The position numbers were made by a program, and so were the translations under genes. Under the pieces are notes generated by a model. It had not been told where the DNA came from. It was given only the letters and a program-made list of their open reading frames with translations, and ran no database searches. Of a stretch of 64,000 nt of DNA, positions 63,085 to 64,000 are shown in pieces; within the stretch, counting starts at the first letter, position 1; each line of letters opens with the position of its first letter. Source of the DNA: an uncultured delta proteobacterium (GTDB lineage Bacteria; Myxococcota_A; Polyangia; Haliangiales; Haliangiaceae); NCBI GenBank assembly GCA_963848295.1, contig CAWKDB010000010.1, positions 448,001 through 512,000 on the forward strand, given 5' to 3'.

Positions 63085-63282
63085 CCGGTTCCGTCACCGT
63101 CGCCGTCGCCGCTTCCGTTGCCGTCGCCGCTTCCGGTGCCGTCGCCATCGCCGATTCCGCGGCCGTCGCCGTCGCCGTAACCGTAACCGTAACCGTCTCC
63201 GCTGCAGATGCCGTCTCCGCTCCAGATGCCGTCTCCGCTGCAGATGCCGTCGCTGTCGCCGATGCTGTCGCTGTCGCCGTCA
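63085..63282 (+). repeat. Degenerate hexamer array (CCGTCG-like) x33
   Basis: Unbroken 6-nt register filling the space between two convergent stop codons; includes (CCGTAA)3 and a near-identical 18-mer CCGTCTCCGCTGCAGATG x3. Confidence 0.92.
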
Positions 63283-63651
63283 TTCGCGGCCCGATCGCCG
63301 GGGCCGCCGGCTGTGCGGCGGATGATCTCGATGGGTGAGGCGCCACAGGATCGCGCGGACGTGGTCGAGCGGCTCGTCGACCGCGGCGAAGTCCTCGGCG
63401 GAGATGATGCCGCGCGCCTTCGCGATCAGCAGCGCGGTCGTGAGCTCGCTCGCGCTGCCGGCGGCGCGCCGGAAGAAGTCGGGGCGATCGAGCCCAATGC
63501 GCATGCGGCCTTCGCTGAGATTGAGCGCGACGCTCTCGCCGGCGCGGACGATCTCGTCGGCGAGTGACTTTCGGGTGCGGCGAACCTTGGCTTCGATCGG
63601 GGCGAGCTGGTGCAGGACGGCGAGGGCGAAGTCGAGGGCGTAGAACGACAT
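63280..63651 (-). CDS. Four-helix-bundle protein (23S rRNA IVP / TIGR02436 / Avd-like fold)
   Basis: LADEIVRAGESVALNLSEG...DR..FF..AAGSASEL..AL..A...G; GGAGG RBS. Confidence 0.85.
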   Translation of the reverse strand: MSFYALDFALAVLHQLAPIEAKVRRTRKSLADEIVRAGESVALNLSEGRMRIGLDRPDFFRRAAGSASELTTALLIAKARGIISAEDFAAVDEPLDHVRAILWRLTHRDHPPHSRRPRRSGRE

Positions 63652-63672
63652 GAAGATCCTCCGAAGTGAGTG

Positions 63673-63869
63673 GCCGATGGGTGGGAACGTCTCTCTCTCG
63701 CCCTTCGCGCCGCACTCGCGCGGGTCCCGTGACGAGCGCGGGCGCTGACCACCGCACTCGCCGGCCGATCAACTCCGCGGCGGTCGCTCTCACACGCCGG
63801 CGCACTCGGCGCTCGGCGCGGGACAAGCGCGAAGCGGCGCAGGGCGAGAGAGACGTTCCGCCCGTCGGC
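63673..63869. repeat. Long imperfect inverted repeat upstream of the four-helix-bundle gene
   Basis: 63673-63728 pairs with 63820-63869 (core GGAACGTCTCTCTC..GCCCT / AGGGCGAGAGAGACGTTCC). Confidence 0.85.
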
Positions 63870-63911
63870 GCGAGCGAAGGAGCGTCGAGTGTTCTAAGGA
63901 CGCCGACGTCG

Positions 63912-64000
63912 CCGTTGCCGCAGCCGCAGCCGTTGCCGTCGCCGTTGCCGTCGCCGTCGCCGTCGCCGTTGCCGTCGCCGTTGCCGCAGCCGTCGCCGTC
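63912..64000 (+). repeat. Hexamer array CCG(TC/TT/CA)G, about 15 units, running off the window
   Basis: Perfect 6-nt register, same orientation as the 63085-63282 array. Confidence 0.92.

Noticed and set aside
63280..63651. DGR or 23S rRNA intervening sequence
   Set aside because: No reverse transcriptase, template/variable repeat pair or rRNA sequence in the window; sequence beyond 64000 cannot be seen.
63085..64000. CRISPR interpretation of the repeat arrays
   Set aside because: Units are 6 bp in tandem with no unique spacers, and no cas genes are present.

Overview
High-GC bacterial DNA whose gene content is typical of Myxococcota (inference from Glt gliding genes, Ser/Thr kinases, FHA-sigma54 activators and many lipoproteins). 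1-24 kb is an accessory signalling and cell-surface region: two FHA/degenerate-GGDEF sigma54 activators, two membrane Ser/Thr kinases, multiheme, Kelch and Gly-rich lipoproteins, and a complete IS21. It holds seven sigma54 -24/-12 motifs, six placed so that the mRNA would be nearly leaderless. 24-27 kb carries an FHA-GAF adenylate cyclase and secreted proteins. 27.6-52.9 kb is one merged gliding-motility locus (gltK divergent from gltC-D-E-F-G, a TPR lipoprotein and giant gltI) that lacks gltA/B/H/J and is followed by a zincin-ExbD-like gene. 52.9-56.1 kb is rpsP-khpA-rimM-trmD-rplS-yraN. 56-63 kb carries a UshA-like multiheme protein, rlpA, an ABC-2 cassette and a GH-like lipoprotein. The most unusual structures are non-coding: a four-helix-bundle gene between two hexamer arrays with a long fold-back leader (63085-64000), and a ~500 bp self-complementary element with a heptamer array (39664-40166). 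Eleven frameshifts, all +1 insertions, are probably sequencing errors. All family calls come from motif recognition, not database searches.
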